Shown piece by piece: positions 20,882 through 33,453 of a DNA stretch of 64,000 nt (its first letter is position 1; each line of letters starts with the position of its first letter). Source of the stretch: Aquabacterium sp. Its GTDB lineage: Bacteria > Pseudomonadota > Gammaproteobacteria > Burkholderiales > Burkholderiaceae_C. The stretch spans positions 15,630 through 79,629 of the forward strand of contig NZ_JACMNS010000112.1 in assembly GCF_014378415.1 (NCBI RefSeq), given 5' to 3'. A model generated the notes under the pieces. It had not been told where the DNA came from, did no database searches, and worked only from the letters and a program-made list of their open reading frames with translations. A program made the translations under genes and the position numbers.

Positions 20882-21631
20882 TCAAGCCGCTTCACTGACT
20901 TCCACGAATTCGTCGCCATCTGCAGCCACGGCATGCACGACTTCATTGACCGCGTTGGCACGGCCTTCCAGCACGGCATCGGCCACGGCCTTGGCGTACA
21001 TCGCCACAGCCTTGGATGAGTCGTCGTTGCCAGGAATGACGTAGTCAATGCCTTCGGGCGAGTGGTTGGTGTCAACCACGCCGATCACAGGAATGCCCAG
21101 CTTCTTGGCTTCGGCAATGGCAATCTTGTGGTAGCCAACGTCGATCACGAACAGAGCGTCAGGCAGAGCGCTCATATCCTGGATGCCGCCGATGTCTTTT
21201 TCAAGCTTGGCCAAGTCGCGTTGGAACAGCAGACCTTCCTTCTTGCTCAATTGCTCCAGACCGCCGGCCTCGATTTGAGCCTGCATGTCCTTCAGCTTCT
21301 TCAGCGAACCCTTGACGGTCTTGAAGTTGGTGAGCATGCCGCCCAACCAGCGTTGGTCCACAAAAGGAACGCCAGCGCGCTGAGCTTCGGAAGACACGGC
21401 TTCACGGGCTTGGCGCTTGGTGCCGATCATCATGACCGTGCCGCGACGCGCCGACAGCTGACGGATGAACTTCAGGGCATCCTCGAACGCGGGCAGCGTT
21501 TTTTCGAGGTTGATGATGTGAATTTTGTTGCGATGGCCGAAGATGTACGGAGCCATCTTGGGGTTCCAGAAGCGGGTTTGGTGACCAAAGTGGACACCGG
21601 CTTCCAGCATTTCGCGCATGGACACTGCCAT
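20882..21631 (-). CDS. rpsB: 30S ribosomal protein S2
   Basis: [44 protein letters not shown]. Confidence 0.99.
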   Translation of the reverse strand: MAVSMREMLEAGVHFGHQTRFWNPKMAPYIFGHRNKIHIINLEKTLPAFEDALKFIRQLSARRGTVMMIGTKRQAREAVSSEAQRAGVPFVDQRWLGGMLTNFKTVKGSLKKLKDMQAQIEAGGLEQLSKKEGLLFQRDLAKLEKDIGGIQDMSALPDALFVIDVGYHKIAIAEAKKLGIPVIGVVDTNHSPEGIDYVIPGNDDSSKAVAMYAKAVADAVLEGRANAVNEVVHAVAADGDEFVEVSEAA

Positions 21632-21785
21632 ATTTAACTCCAGAGGTTGGGTCTAGAAGCCATCAAAAATCACAACGATGCGGGTTTTAGACACCGGCAC
21701 CGGTTGCAACACCTGAGGTTTGTTGGCTTCGGGATTTTGTGGTTTGAATTGTGTTTTATCCGAACCATTTCGGAAAAACCCGCAC
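21632..21785 (-). promoter_or_regulatory. rpsB 5' leader (S2 autoregulatory, t44-like leader)
   Basis: GCGGGTTTT (21775-21783, minus) pairs with AAAACCCGC (21680-21688, minus); GGGU near the 5' end and position match the known rpsB leader. Confidence 0.65.
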
Positions 21786-21794
21786 AGTGTAGCA
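21786..21794 (-). promoter_or_regulatory. Extended -10 promoter of the rpsB-tsf operon
   Basis: TG-C-TACACT on the minus strand directly above the leader. Confidence 0.7.
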
Positions 21795-21842
21795 CGAAGT
21801 GGGTGTTTTTGATACCCCACCCCCTGCCGCACTCTCAGCAAC

Positions 21843-24149
21843 TCAGTGCTTGCGCGAGGTCTTGCGCCCCACTGGGCCCTTGGGCGCTACCTTGCCGCCT
21901 TTTCCTGATGCGGCACCCGCTGGCTTACCCGCCGCCGAAGCCCGCTTGGCAGCCCGCTTGGTTTCACGGTCCGTGCGCTTAACGTCGGCCAGTTCGTCCT
22001 GCGCGGAAGCCGCCGGGGCACGCCCGGGAGACTCCACGCCACGTTGCCGGCGACGCCCACCGCCACCACCGGCCGCCTGGTCTTCACCCTCACGCACCAG
22101 ACGGAAATCGATCTTGCGGCTGTCCAGATCAACCCGACTGACCTGCACCCGAACCCGGGCACCAGAGGCATAGCGCAAACCGCTGCGCTCACCACGCAAT
22201 TCCTGGCGGGCCTCGTCAAAGCGGAAATACTCGCCACCCAGTTCGGTGATGTGCACCAAGCCTTCGACGTACAACCCATCAAGGTGGATGAATAAGCCGA
22301 AACTGGTCACCGTGCTGACGGTGCCGCCGTATTCCTCGCCCAAGCGCTCGCGCATGAACATGCACTTGAGCCAGGCTTCGACGTCGCGAGAGGCTTCATC
22401 CGCACGACGCTCGTTTGAGCTGCAGTGAATGCCCGCGGTTTCCCAGGCAGCAGCCTCTTCTGGCGGCAGCTTGATGCGTGCCGCGACCTTGACCGGCGCT
22501 TTGGGCAGGCCCTTGGCAGACTGGGCGGCTCCGCCCTTGGCACCCGGGCGCCCCTTGAAGTAACTCGGCGACGACTGCACCGGTGGCAATTTCAGGACGT
22601 AGCGATCGCTGCCCAGCAGGGCTTTGATCACGCGGTGAACCAACAAATCCGGATAGCGACGGATCGGGCTGGTGAAGTGGGTGTAGGCCTCGTAAGCCAG
22701 ACCAAAGTGGCCACTGTTGGTGGGCGTGTAGATGGCCTGCTGCATGGAGCGCAGCAGCATCGTGTGAATTTGCTGCGCATCCGGACGCTCCTTGCTGGCT
22801 TGCGCCAGCGCCTGGAACTCAGCCGGCGTGGGCTCGTCACTGATGCTCAAACCCAGACCCAAGGCCTTGAGGTAGTTTTTCAGCAAAGTGCGCTTTTCAG
22901 GCGTCGGCCCCTCGTGAACGCGATAAAGCGAGGGCTGCTTGGCACGCGAAATGAAATCGGCCGAGCACACATTGGCCGCCAACATGGCCTCTTCGATCAG
23001 CTTGTGAGCCTCGGTGCGCACACGCGGCACGATCTTGGCGATGCGGCCATTGTCATCGCACACGATCTGCGTTTCAGTGGTCTCGAAATCGACCGCACCA
23101 CGGACGGCCCGCGACTTCAGCAGCGCGCGGTAAACCTCGTGCAGATCCAGAAGGTGCGGCACCAAATCGGCACGGCGCTGGGCCTCAGGCCCACGCGTGT
23201 TACCCAGGATGGCAGCCACCTCGGTGTAGGTAAAACGAGCATGCGAGCAGATCACCGCCGGGTAGAACTGGTAAGCATGAACTTCGCCCTCGGCGGTGAC
23301 CAGCATGTCGCACACCATGGACAGGCGCTCGACATCTGGATTGAGCGAGCACAAGCCGTTGGACAGCTTCTCGGGCAGCATGGGGATCACGCGGCGAGGG
23401 AAATACACCGAAGTGGCGCGCTCATAAGCGTCGCGGTCCAGCGGATCGCCGGGCTTGACGTAGTGGCTCACGTCGGCAATGGCCACCAGCAAGCGCCAGC
23501 CATTCGGGCCTTTGCTGCGCCCGATCTTGGCGGGCTCGCAGTACACCGCGTCGTCGAAGTCGCGTGCGTCTTCGCCATCGATGGTGACCAGCGGGACATC
23601 GGTCAGGTCGATGCGGTTCTTTCGGTCGGCCGGGCGCAGCTTTTCAGGCAGCTTGGCCGCCTGCGCCAACACGTCGTCGTTGAAGCGGTGCGGCACTTCG
23701 TACTTGCGCACTGCGATTTCTATTTCCATGCCAGGGTCGTCAATGCCACCCAGCACCTCAACCACGCGGCCGACCGGCTGGGCATGCAGTGAAGGCAGCT
23801 CAGTCAGCTCTACCGAGACCACCTGCCCCGGCTCCGCGTTGGCGATGCCCTTGGCGGGAATCAGAATATCTTGGCCGAAACGGCGATCTTCAGGCGCCAC
23901 GACCCAGGCACCGCCCTCATGCAACAGTCGGCCAATGATGGGTGTTTTGCGGCGCTCCAGGATTTCCAGCACCTGACCTTCGGGGCGGCCCTTTCGGTCG
24001 AAGCGCAACACGCGAACTTTGACGCGATCCCGGTGCATGACGCTGCGCATCTCTTGCGGCGGGATGTAGATGGTGGACTCACCATCGTCGGTGCTCACGA
24101 AACCGTGGCCATCGCGATGGCCATGCACGGTCCCGACGATTTCACTCAT
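21843..24149 (-). CDS. rnr: Ribonuclease R
   Basis: G.V.GHRDGHGF cold-shock start, VTIDGEDARDFDDAV, HFTSPIRRYPDLLVHR, C-terminal S1 domain and basic tail; start 24149 (or 24182). Confidence 0.96.
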   Translation of the reverse strand: MSEIVGTVHGHRDGHGFVSTDDGESTIYIPPQEMRSVMHRDRVKVRVLRFDRKGRPEGQVLEILERRKTPIIGRLLHEGGAWVVAPEDRRFGQDILIPAKGIANAEPGQVVSVELTELPSLHAQPVGRVVEVLGGIDDPGMEIEIAVRKYEVPHRFNDDVLAQAAKLPEKLRPADRKNRIDLTDVPLVTIDGEDARDFDDAVYCEPAKIGRSKGPNGWRLLVAIADVSHYVKPGDPLDRDAYERATSVYFPRRVIPMLPEKLSNGLCSLNPDVERLSMVCDMLVTAEGEVHAYQFYPAVICSHARFTYTEVAAILGNTRGPEAQRRADLVPHLLDLHEVYRALLKSRAVRGAVDFETTETQIVCDDNGRIAKIVPRVRTEAHKLIEEAMLAANVCSADFISRAKQPSLYRVHEGPTPEKRTLLKNYLKALGLGLSISDEPTPAEFQALAQASKERPDAQQIHTMLLRSMQQAIYTPTNSGHFGLAYEAYTHFTSPIRRYPDLLVHRVIKALLGSDRYVLKLPPVQSSPSYFKGRPGAKGGAAQSAKGLPKAPVKVAARIKLPPEEAAAWETAGIHCSSNERRADEASRDVEAWLKCMFMRERLGEEYGGTVSTVTSFGLFIHLDGLYVEGLVHITELGGEYFRFDEARQELRGERSGLRYASGARVRVQVSRVDLDSRKIDFRLVREGEDQAAGGGGGRRRQRGVESPGRAPAASAQDELADVKRTDRETKRAAKRASAAGKPAGAASGKGGKVAPKGPVGRKTSRKH

Positions 24150-24175
24150 CAGGTTCACTAAATGTGGTGTTTGAG

Positions 24176-24205
24176 TTGTCATATGTCTTATTTTGATGCT
24201 ATAAT
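24176..24205 (+). promoter_or_regulatory. sigma70 promoter for the tRNA-Leu pair
   Basis: TTGTCA (24176-24181), 18-bp spacer, TG-C-TATAAT (24197-24205), then GC-rich TGCGC discriminator. Confidence 0.8.
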
Positions 24206-24275
24206 TGCGCTCTTCACGACTGGCGCCAGAAACATATTTCTGGATGGCAAAAACGAAGAGAGCTGCAGATTTCTG

Positions 24276-24360
<85 letters not shown>

Positions 24361-24375
24361 GATGCTGCGGTTGCT

Positions 24376-24420
24376 GTTGAAAAAACAGTTGAAAACACGG
24401 TTGAAAAACCGGTCGAGAAA
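24376..24420 (+). repeat. Degenerate 12-bp tandem repeat in the tRNA spacer
   Basis: GTTGAAAAAACA, GTTGAAAACACG, GTTGAAAAACCG, GTCGAGAAA starting at 24376, 24388, 24400, 24412. Confidence 0.7.
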
Positions 24421-24440
24421 TTCGAAGAGATAGAACACCT

Positions 24441-24525
<85 letters not shown>

Positions 24526-24531
24526 GATTCA

Positions 24532-24567
24532 AAAAAAGCCGCATGAATAACATCATGCGGCTTTTTT
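24532..24567 (+). terminator. Intrinsic terminator after the tRNA pair (bidirectional form)
   Basis: AAAAAAGCCGCATGA-ATAACA-TCATGCGGCTTTTTT. Confidence 0.9.
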
Positions 24568-24602
24568 ATCGTCCGTGAAGATCCCACAAACCTGCGCACA
24601 AG

Positions 24603-24636
24603 AAAAAAGGCAACAGACCCTCGGCCTGTTGCCTTT
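24603..24636 (-). terminator. Intrinsic terminator of the purA-PRTase transcript
   Basis: AAAGGCAACAG/CTGTTGCCTTT stem ending in a T6 run on the minus strand. Confidence 0.85.
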
Positions 24637-24662
24637 CGTGAACACCGCCATCAAGCCGAACT

Positions 24663-25184
24663 TCAAAGCTGGAAACGCTTGAGCAACGCATCAGGCCGCA
24701 AGGTGTCGTAGTCCTCGAATGGCTGATGAATCCAAGGGCTGGTGGGCAAAGTCTCGACGTAGAAGTCTGGCGTGTAGTTGGACACACCCTTCACCCACAA
24801 CACGGCCGATTTCAACTCGGTGATGGCCGGCATGCTGCGCAAACGATCAACCACCGCGCGCAGGGTCACACCAGAGTCAGCCAAGTCATCGACCAACAAC
24901 ACACGCCCAACCAACTCGCCCTTGGGCATGGTGATGTACTGGGCCATGTCAAGGCGCCCCTGCAAGGTGCCGCCGTCATCGCGATAAGAGCTGGTTGCCA
25001 TGATGCCCAGTGGGCGGTCAAAAATGCGCGACAGCACATCGCCAGGGCGCAAGCCACCACGCGCCAGACACAGGATCTGATCGAACTCCCAGCCCGATTG
25101 ATGCACCTGCAGCGCCAAGCGTTCGGTCAGGTGGTGGTATTCCTCCCAAGACACATACAAGTGCTTGCCGTCATCGGTGAGCAT
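24663..25184 (-). CDS. Type I phosphoribosyltransferase (purine-salvage-like)
   Basis: LARGGLRPGD, PRPP-binding VLLVDDLADSGVT; AGGAG SD before ATG 25184. Confidence 0.88.
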   Translation of the reverse strand: MLTDDGKHLYVSWEEYHHLTERLALQVHQSGWEFDQILCLARGGLRPGDVLSRIFDRPLGIMATSSYRDDGGTLQGRLDMAQYITMPKGELVGRVLLVDDLADSGVTLRAVVDRLRSMPAITELKSAVLWVKGVSNYTPDFYVETLPTSPWIHQPFEDYDTLRPDALLKRFQL

Positions 25185-25243
25185 GGGGTCTCCTATCTCG
25201 TGATCTCGAATGCTGGGGCTGGGCGCCATGGCAGGATTGCGCT

Positions 25244-27854
<2,611 letters not shown>

Positions 27855-27983
27855 AAGAAATGGGGAGGGGGTTAAAAGCGGGATTTTACCGGGGTCTGGC
27901 GTCAATTTGACGGCCAATTTTTAACCCGGCGTGAATCTGCACCTGAACCAATGGGATCCATGCCCCAAAAGGCCAGGTTCAGG

Positions 27984-28094
27984 TCACTGTAGCATCCAAA
28001 AAAACACCCAGCTGGATGCTGCGCATCACTGACGGCTGACCGCTTGCTCGAACACCAGCGACAGGGCCAATGCCAATCACAAAGAGTCGGACAA
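27984..28094 (-). pseudogene. Decayed DUF2065-family small membrane protein remnant
   Basis: Minus frame from TTG 28094 reads LSDSL*LALALSLVFEQAVSRQ*CAASSWVFFWMLQ*, resembling the DUF2065 N-terminus; sits at the usual DUF2065 position between hflC and hisZ. Confidence 0.6.
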
Positions 28095-28123
28095 GAGTCA
28101 ACCGGGTCGCTCAGAGCCCGATC

Positions 28124-29017
28124 TTATTTTTTAGAGGGTACAGACGCGGAACCGCCGTTGCCGCGCATGGCCTTGAAGAACTCACTGTTGGGGTCAAGCA
28201 CCATCACGTCCGCCTTGCTGCGGAAGGTGGCTCGGTAGGCGTCCAGACTGCGGTAGAACTGGGCAAACTGGGGATCCCTGCCAAAGGCTTCGGCATAGAT
28301 GGTCGATGCCTTGGCATCGCCCTCGCCCTTGACCATCTGGGCATCGCGGTAGGCCTCGGCCACGATGATTTCACGCTGGCGATCAGCATCGGCGCGGATC
28401 TTCTCGCTTTCGGCAAAGCCGGTGGAGCGCAGTTCGTTGGCCACGCGCTTGCGCTCAGATTCCATGCGGCGATAGACAGCTTCGGTGATGTTGGCCGAGA
28501 AATCCACTCGCTTGATGCGCACATCGATGATGACAATGCCGAATGCCTTGGCGTCATCGGCGAGGCGCTGAACCACGCCCTGCATGACCTTCTCGCGCTC
28601 GGTGGACAGCACCGCACCAACCGTGCGCTTGGTCACCTCTTCATTGAGCGCGGCCTGCACGATGGGGCTCAGGCGGTTCTCGATGTTGCGTATATCAGTG
28701 CCGTTGTTGCGGATGAACTGGCGCGGATCGGTGATGCGCCATTTGACCAACCAGTCGATCACCAGGCTTTTCTTTTCGGCCGTGAAGATGGGCCGAGCTT
28801 CGGCACTGTCCAGCGTCTGAATGCGGCGGTCCAGGAAGACCACGTTCTGCAGGGGAGCCGGCAGCTTGAACTTGAGGCCGGGCTCGCTCTTGACGTCCTT
28901 GATCTCGCCCAAGGCGTAGACCACAGCGAACTGGCGTTGATCGACCACGAACAAGGTCGAGGCCAGGATGATGACGACCAGCAATGCGCCGGCCACGAAG
29001 ATTCCAATGCGGTTCAT
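28124..29017 (-). CDS. hflC: FtsH modulator HflC
   Basis: N-terminal TM, PGLKFKLP, EKKSLVID..VKWRI, RMESERKRVANELRSTG, FYRSLDAY. Confidence 0.96.
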   Translation of the reverse strand: MNRIGIFVAGALLVVIILASTLFVVDQRQFAVVYALGEIKDVKSEPGLKFKLPAPLQNVVFLDRRIQTLDSAEARPIFTAEKKSLVIDWLVKWRITDPRQFIRNNGTDIRNIENRLSPIVQAALNEEVTKRTVGAVLSTEREKVMQGVVQRLADDAKAFGIVIIDVRIKRVDFSANITEAVYRRMESERKRVANELRSTGFAESEKIRADADRQREIIVAEAYRDAQMVKGEGDAKASTIYAEAFGRDPQFAQFYRSLDAYRATFRSKADVMVLDPNSEFFKAMRGNGGSASVPSKK

Positions 29018-29040
29018 GTCAGGTTCCTTGCCTTGGCCAT

Positions 29041-30429
29041 TCAGCGACTGTCACGGTCACGGCTGCGCAAGCCGTCACGTGATCGGGGGTCTGTGGCGGT
29101 GGTCGAGCCACCAGCTGCAGTGGCGCTGCCAGTGTCGGCAACCGCCGCATTGCCAGGGGCAACTGGCGTGCTGGCGGAAGCCGCGCCTGGGGTGTTTCCA
29201 GAAGAAGCACTCATCTGAACAATCTTGTCCAGCGGCAAGTAAAGCAAGTTGGAGCCCGAGCGGGAGTCCACCATGACCTTGGTCACGTTACCGTACACCT
29301 GTTGCATGGCATCGATGTAGAGGCGATCACGCGTCACGCCGGGTGCCTTCTGGTACTCGGTCAACACCGACTTGAAGCGTTGCGCGTCACCTTCAGCGTG
29401 GGCCACAACGTTGGCCGAATAAGCGGCGGCTTCTTCACGAAGACGGGCCGCCGTACCTTGCGCCTTGGGGATCACGTCATTGGCATAGGCCTGGCCTTCG
29501 TTCTTGGCGCGCTCACGGTCGGCGCCGGCCTTGAAGGCATCGTCAAAAGCGGCCTGCACCGGCTCAGGCGCTTGTACGCTTTGCACGTTGACGTTGGCGA
29601 TGATGACACCGGCATTGACCTTGTTGACTTGCGCCTGGATGGACTTGACCAGTTCGGCAGCAATGGCGTCGCGCTGCTCGTAGAGCACCGAATCCATGGT
29701 GCTGCTGCCTACGATTTCGCGCACCGCCGATTCGGCAGCCTGGGCCACGGCTTCATCTGAGCTGCGATTCTCGAACAGGTACTGACGGGCATCGCTCAAG
29801 CGGTATTGAACCGTGAAGCGGATGTCGACGATGTTCTCGTCGCGGGTCAGCATGGAGGACTCGCGCGAACCGGTCGCCTGCATCACGGAATTGGTGCCCA
29901 CATCAATCGACCGCAATTGGGTCAGGTTGACAATTTCGTGGCTTTGAAAGGGGTACGGGGCGCGCCACTGGAAGCCGGCTTCGGCCATGTGGCTGAAACG
30001 TCCGAAGGACATCACCACGGCCTGCTGGCCTTCCTGAACGATGAAGAAGCCGCTGCCCAGCCAGATCAAGGCCACCAGGCCCGCGATCAAACCAACACCG
30101 ATACCGGCGTTGTTGCCATCGGGGGTCAGGCCACCACCTGGCGTGCTGTTGTTGTCACCGCCGCCTTTGCCAGCGAACAAACCGCTGAGCTTGCGGTTGA
30201 AATCGCGCCACAACTCGTCAAGGTCGGGCGGACCATCATTGCGGCCGCTGTTGTGGACCACCTGTGGCCCTGCCGATTGGGGCAAGGTCAGCTTGAGCGC
30301 TCGAAGGCCAAGCCAGCCCAATCGCCGACCAACACCTGCGGTCAATTGAGCAGCGGCAGCCAGCACACTCAAGGCTGGCTGGCGATGGTGTTCAGGCACT
30401 TGGCCTGGCTCCAGGGATTGCATGTTCAT
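29041..30429 (-). CDS. hflK: FtsH modulator HflK
   Basis: GPPDLDELWRDFNRKL, MLTRDENIVDI, VQAAFDDA, P.VTRDRLYIDAMQ. Confidence 0.96.
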   Translation of the reverse strand: MNMQSLEPGQVPEHHRQPALSVLAAAAQLTAGVGRRLGWLGLRALKLTLPQSAGPQVVHNSGRNDGPPDLDELWRDFNRKLSGLFAGKGGGDNNSTPGGGLTPDGNNAGIGVGLIAGLVALIWLGSGFFIVQEGQQAVVMSFGRFSHMAEAGFQWRAPYPFQSHEIVNLTQLRSIDVGTNSVMQATGSRESSMLTRDENIVDIRFTVQYRLSDARQYLFENRSSDEAVAQAAESAVREIVGSSTMDSVLYEQRDAIAAELVKSIQAQVNKVNAGVIIANVNVQSVQAPEPVQAAFDDAFKAGADRERAKNEGQAYANDVIPKAQGTAARLREEAAAYSANVVAHAEGDAQRFKSVLTEYQKAPGVTRDRLYIDAMQQVYGNVTKVMVDSRSGSNLLYLPLDKIVQMSASSGNTPGAASASTPVAPGNAAVADTGSATAAGGSTTATDPRSRDGLRSRDRDSR

Positions 30430-31688
30430 GATTGGACAGTCGTGGAAGGAGTTTCCAGGGGCCCTGCATCGGGCTCCTGTTGAGAATTGTCGGAATTGTG
30501 CATTGTGAATGGGCTTTGCAAACCGGGAAACGCGCCCGGATCATCGCCCAAGCCATTCAAAGCGGCTTCAGCAATGACTTGCCGCAACACGTCAAGCCCC
30601 TGACCTCGCAAGGCGCTGACGAATACGCGCAGACAACGGCGACCGGAAGGCAGCTCGAACACATCCAGCGTATGCCGGGGCTGCTGGTGTTCTGGCAGGC
30701 AATCGCACTTATTGAAGACCAGCACCTGAGGGATATCGGCCGCGCCGATGTCACCCAGAACGCGGATCACCTCGGTGAGTTGCTCCATCAGCACGGGGCT
30801 GGCGCCATCGACCACGTGCAGCAGCACGTCGGCCTCGGTCGCTTCCTGCAAGGTTGCCTCGAAAGACTCCACCAGGGTGTGCGGCAGATCGCGGATGAAA
30901 CCCACCGTGTCGGACAGGGTGACGCTGCGTTGCGCTTGCGCCAGGTAGAACTGGCGCGTGGTGGTGTCCAGCGTGGCGAACAACTGGTCGGCCGCGTAGG
31001 TGCCCGCCTTGGTGAATGCATTGAACAAGGTCGACTTGCCCGCGTTGGTGTAGCCCACCAGAGACACGCGAAACGTGCCTGTGCGCTCACGTGAGCGGCG
31101 TTGGGTGTTGCGCTGGCGCTTGACCTTGACCAGCTGCTCTTTCAGCGACTTGATGCGCTGGTCGATCATGCGGCGGTCAAGCTCGATCTGGGTTTCACCA
31201 GGGCCACCGCGCATGCCCGCCCCACCCCGCTGGCGCTCAAGGTGAGACCAGCGTCGGACCAGGCGGGTTGACAGGTATTTCAGCCGGGCCAGCTCGACTT
31301 GCAGCTTGCCTTCATGGCTTCGGGCGCGCGCGCCAAAGATCTCGAGGATCAAGCCGATGCGGTCCAGGACTTCAACGCCCAAATGGCGTTCAAGATTGCG
31401 TTGTTGAGCAGGAGAAATAGCCTGATCAAAGATCACGGCCTGAGCCTGGTGCAGGATGACCAGCTCTTTGATCTCGTCGGCTTTGCCCGAACCAACAAAA
31501 AAAGCGGGATCGGGGGCCTTGCGTTTGGCGGTGACTTTTTCGACGGGCAGATCGCCCGCAGATTCAGCCAGCAAGGCGAGCTCGTCAAGGGTGGGATCGA
31601 AAGACGATCCCGACCCAAAATCGACGCCCACCAGCACAACCCGAGGTGCATCAGACGGTTTTTTCACTGACTGCGATGAGGATGTCAA
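30426..31688 (-). CDS. hflX: GTPase HflX
   Basis: GSGKADE, GPGETQIELDRR, GYTNAGKSTLFN, DQLFATLDTT, DTVGFIRDLP. Confidence 0.97.
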   Translation of the reverse strand: MTSSSQSVKKPSDAPRVVLVGVDFGSGSSFDPTLDELALLAESAGDLPVEKVTAKRKAPDPAFFVGSGKADEIKELVILHQAQAVIFDQAISPAQQRNLERHLGVEVLDRIGLILEIFGARARSHEGKLQVELARLKYLSTRLVRRWSHLERQRGGAGMRGGPGETQIELDRRMIDQRIKSLKEQLVKVKRQRNTQRRSRERTGTFRVSLVGYTNAGKSTLFNAFTKAGTYAADQLFATLDTTTRQFYLAQAQRSVTLSDTVGFIRDLPHTLVESFEATLQEATEADVLLHVVDGASPVLMEQLTEVIRVLGDIGAADIPQVLVFNKCDCLPEHQQPRHTLDVFELPSGRRCLRVFVSALRGQGLDVLRQVIAEAALNGLGDDPGAFPGLQSPFTMHNSDNSQQEPDAGPLETPSTTVQS

Positions 31689-31752
31689 GGCGTCGGTGCG
31701 TCAGTGCAACACAGGTCGGTACTGGATAGGCTAGAAGACATGGCTGACAAAA

Positions 31753-31998
31753 TCAAGCCGCGTCTTCGGTCGAGTCGTTGGCGTGAAAATTCACCGCACG
31801 GCCAGGCACGACGGTCGAAATCGCGTGCTTGTAGACCATTTGAGTGACCGTGTTGCGAAGCAGCACCACGTATTGGTCAAACGACTCGATGTGTCCCTGA
31901 AGTTTGATACCGTTGACCAAATAAATGGACACCGGCACATGCTCTCTGCGCAAGAGGTTCAAGAAGGGGTCTTGTAGGAGTTGCCCTTTGTTGCTCAC
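31753..31998 (-). CDS. hfq: RNA chaperone Hfq
   Basis: [35 protein letters not shown]; GTG start with GGAG SD. Confidence 0.98.
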   Translation of the reverse strand: MSNKGQLLQDPFLNLLRREHVPVSIYLVNGIKLQGHIESFDQYVVLLRNTVTQMVYKHAISTVVPGRAVNFHANDSTEDAA

Positions 31999-32094
31999 GA
32001 TATGCTCCGTGTTGAAAAGTTTCGGACTTGACACCTTAACACAGGCCCATGCGCCTGATCGGCGAAGGGATTGTGAAGCGGGGTAAAGAAGATG

Positions 32095-33435
32095 CTATTT
32101 ATCGACGAACGGGTTGCTCGACGATTTGGTCTGGATGCGCAACGGCGTGCCGGTGAGTTTGAAATGCGCCCTGAAACGGGCTTCCAAATAGCGCTTGTAG
32201 GAGTCCGTGAGGTGCTCCAGAGAGTTGCCGTGGATGACGATGATGGGAGGGTTTTGCCCGCCTTGGTGCGCGTAACGCAGTTTTGGGCGGGAAATGCCAC
32301 CACGCTTGGGCTGCTGAAACTCCACCGCCTCGAGCAGCAGGCGCGTCAGGATGGGCGTGGGCATTTTGCGCGTGGCCGACGACCAGGCATCGGCGATCGA
32401 TTTCCAGACCGGGCCCAAGCCTTGGCGCTTGATGGCCGAGATGTGCAGAATCGGTGCGAATTTCAGGAAGGCCAGACGGGTCTCAATGGAGCGGGCCAGC
32501 AGTTCGCGCTGATAGCTGTCCACCGCGTCCCACTTGTTGATGGCCAACACCACGGCACGGCCTGATTCAAGGATGAACCCTGCAATGTGGGCATCCTGAT
32601 CAGTGACGCCTTGGGTGGCATCCAGCAGCAGCAGGACCACGTTGGCGTCGGAGATGGCTTGCAGCGTCTTGACGACCGAGAATTTTTCGATCGCCTCGAA
32701 CACTTTGCCTTTGCGGCGAAGCCCGGCCGTGTCGATCAGCTCGAAGCGTTGACCGTCACGTTCGAAAGGCACGCTGATGGCGTCGCGGGTGGTGCCGGGC
32801 ATGTCGAAGGCCACCAGGCGCTCTTCGCCCAGCCAGGTGTTGATCAGGGTGGATTTACCGACATTGGGTCGCCCTGCCACGGCCAGTTTGATGGGCGCAT
32901 TGACATCGATTTCAACGACCTCGTCCTCGTCTTCATCGTCCCCGAAGAAGTCATCCAGCGCCATGTCGAGCAAGCTGCGGATGCCCTGCCCGTGCGCGGA
33001 CGAAATGGGGATGGGGTCGCCAATGCCCAGCTCGAAGAACTCGGCCAATTGCACGCCTTCTTGCATGCCCTCGGCCTTGTTGGCGGCCAACAGCACCTTT
33101 TTGTTGGCGGTGCGCAGGTAACGGGCGATGTCATGGTCCTGGGCAGACAGACCGCCCCGGGCATCGACCACGAAGACGACTGCGTCGGCCTCGGCCACCG
33201 CCTGGCGGGTCTGCTTGGCCATCTCCTTGAAGATGCCCTCGGTGCAATCAGGTTCAAAACCGCCGGTGTCGATGACAAGGAACTCGCGGGAACCCAGGCG
33301 ACCTTCACCGTAATGGCGGTCGCGGGTCAGTCCGGCGAAATCGGCCACGATCGCATCGCGGCTTTTGGTCAGGCGGTTGAACAACGTCGATTTGCCGACG
33401 TTGGGTCGTCCGACCAACGCAATGACAGGTTTCAT
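32095..33435 (-). CDS. der: Ribosome biogenesis GTPase Der
   Basis: Two GTPase domains, each with GRPNVGKST; DTGG/DTAG; C-terminal F.L.GTPLRI. Confidence 0.98.
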   Translation of the reverse strand: MKPVIALVGRPNVGKSTLFNRLTKSRDAIVADFAGLTRDRHYGEGRLGSREFLVIDTGGFEPDCTEGIFKEMAKQTRQAVAEADAVVFVVDARGGLSAQDHDIARYLRTANKKVLLAANKAEGMQEGVQLAEFFELGIGDPIPISSAHGQGIRSLLDMALDDFFGDDEDEDEVVEIDVNAPIKLAVAGRPNVGKSTLINTWLGEERLVAFDMPGTTRDAISVPFERDGQRFELIDTAGLRRKGKVFEAIEKFSVVKTLQAISDANVVLLLLDATQGVTDQDAHIAGFILESGRAVVLAINKWDAVDSYQRELLARSIETRLAFLKFAPILHISAIKRQGLGPVWKSIADAWSSATRKMPTPILTRLLLEAVEFQQPKRGGISRPKLRYAHQGGQNPPIIVIHGNSLEHLTDSYKRYLEARFRAHFKLTGTPLRIQTKSSSNPFVDK

Positions 33436-33453
33436 GAAACTCCAGGGAAACTT

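Noticed and set aside
27984-28094. TGA recoding (Trp or Sec) rescuing the DUF2065 remnant
   Set aside because: TGA is a normal stop in many genes here, and the remnant is also shortened and frameshifted
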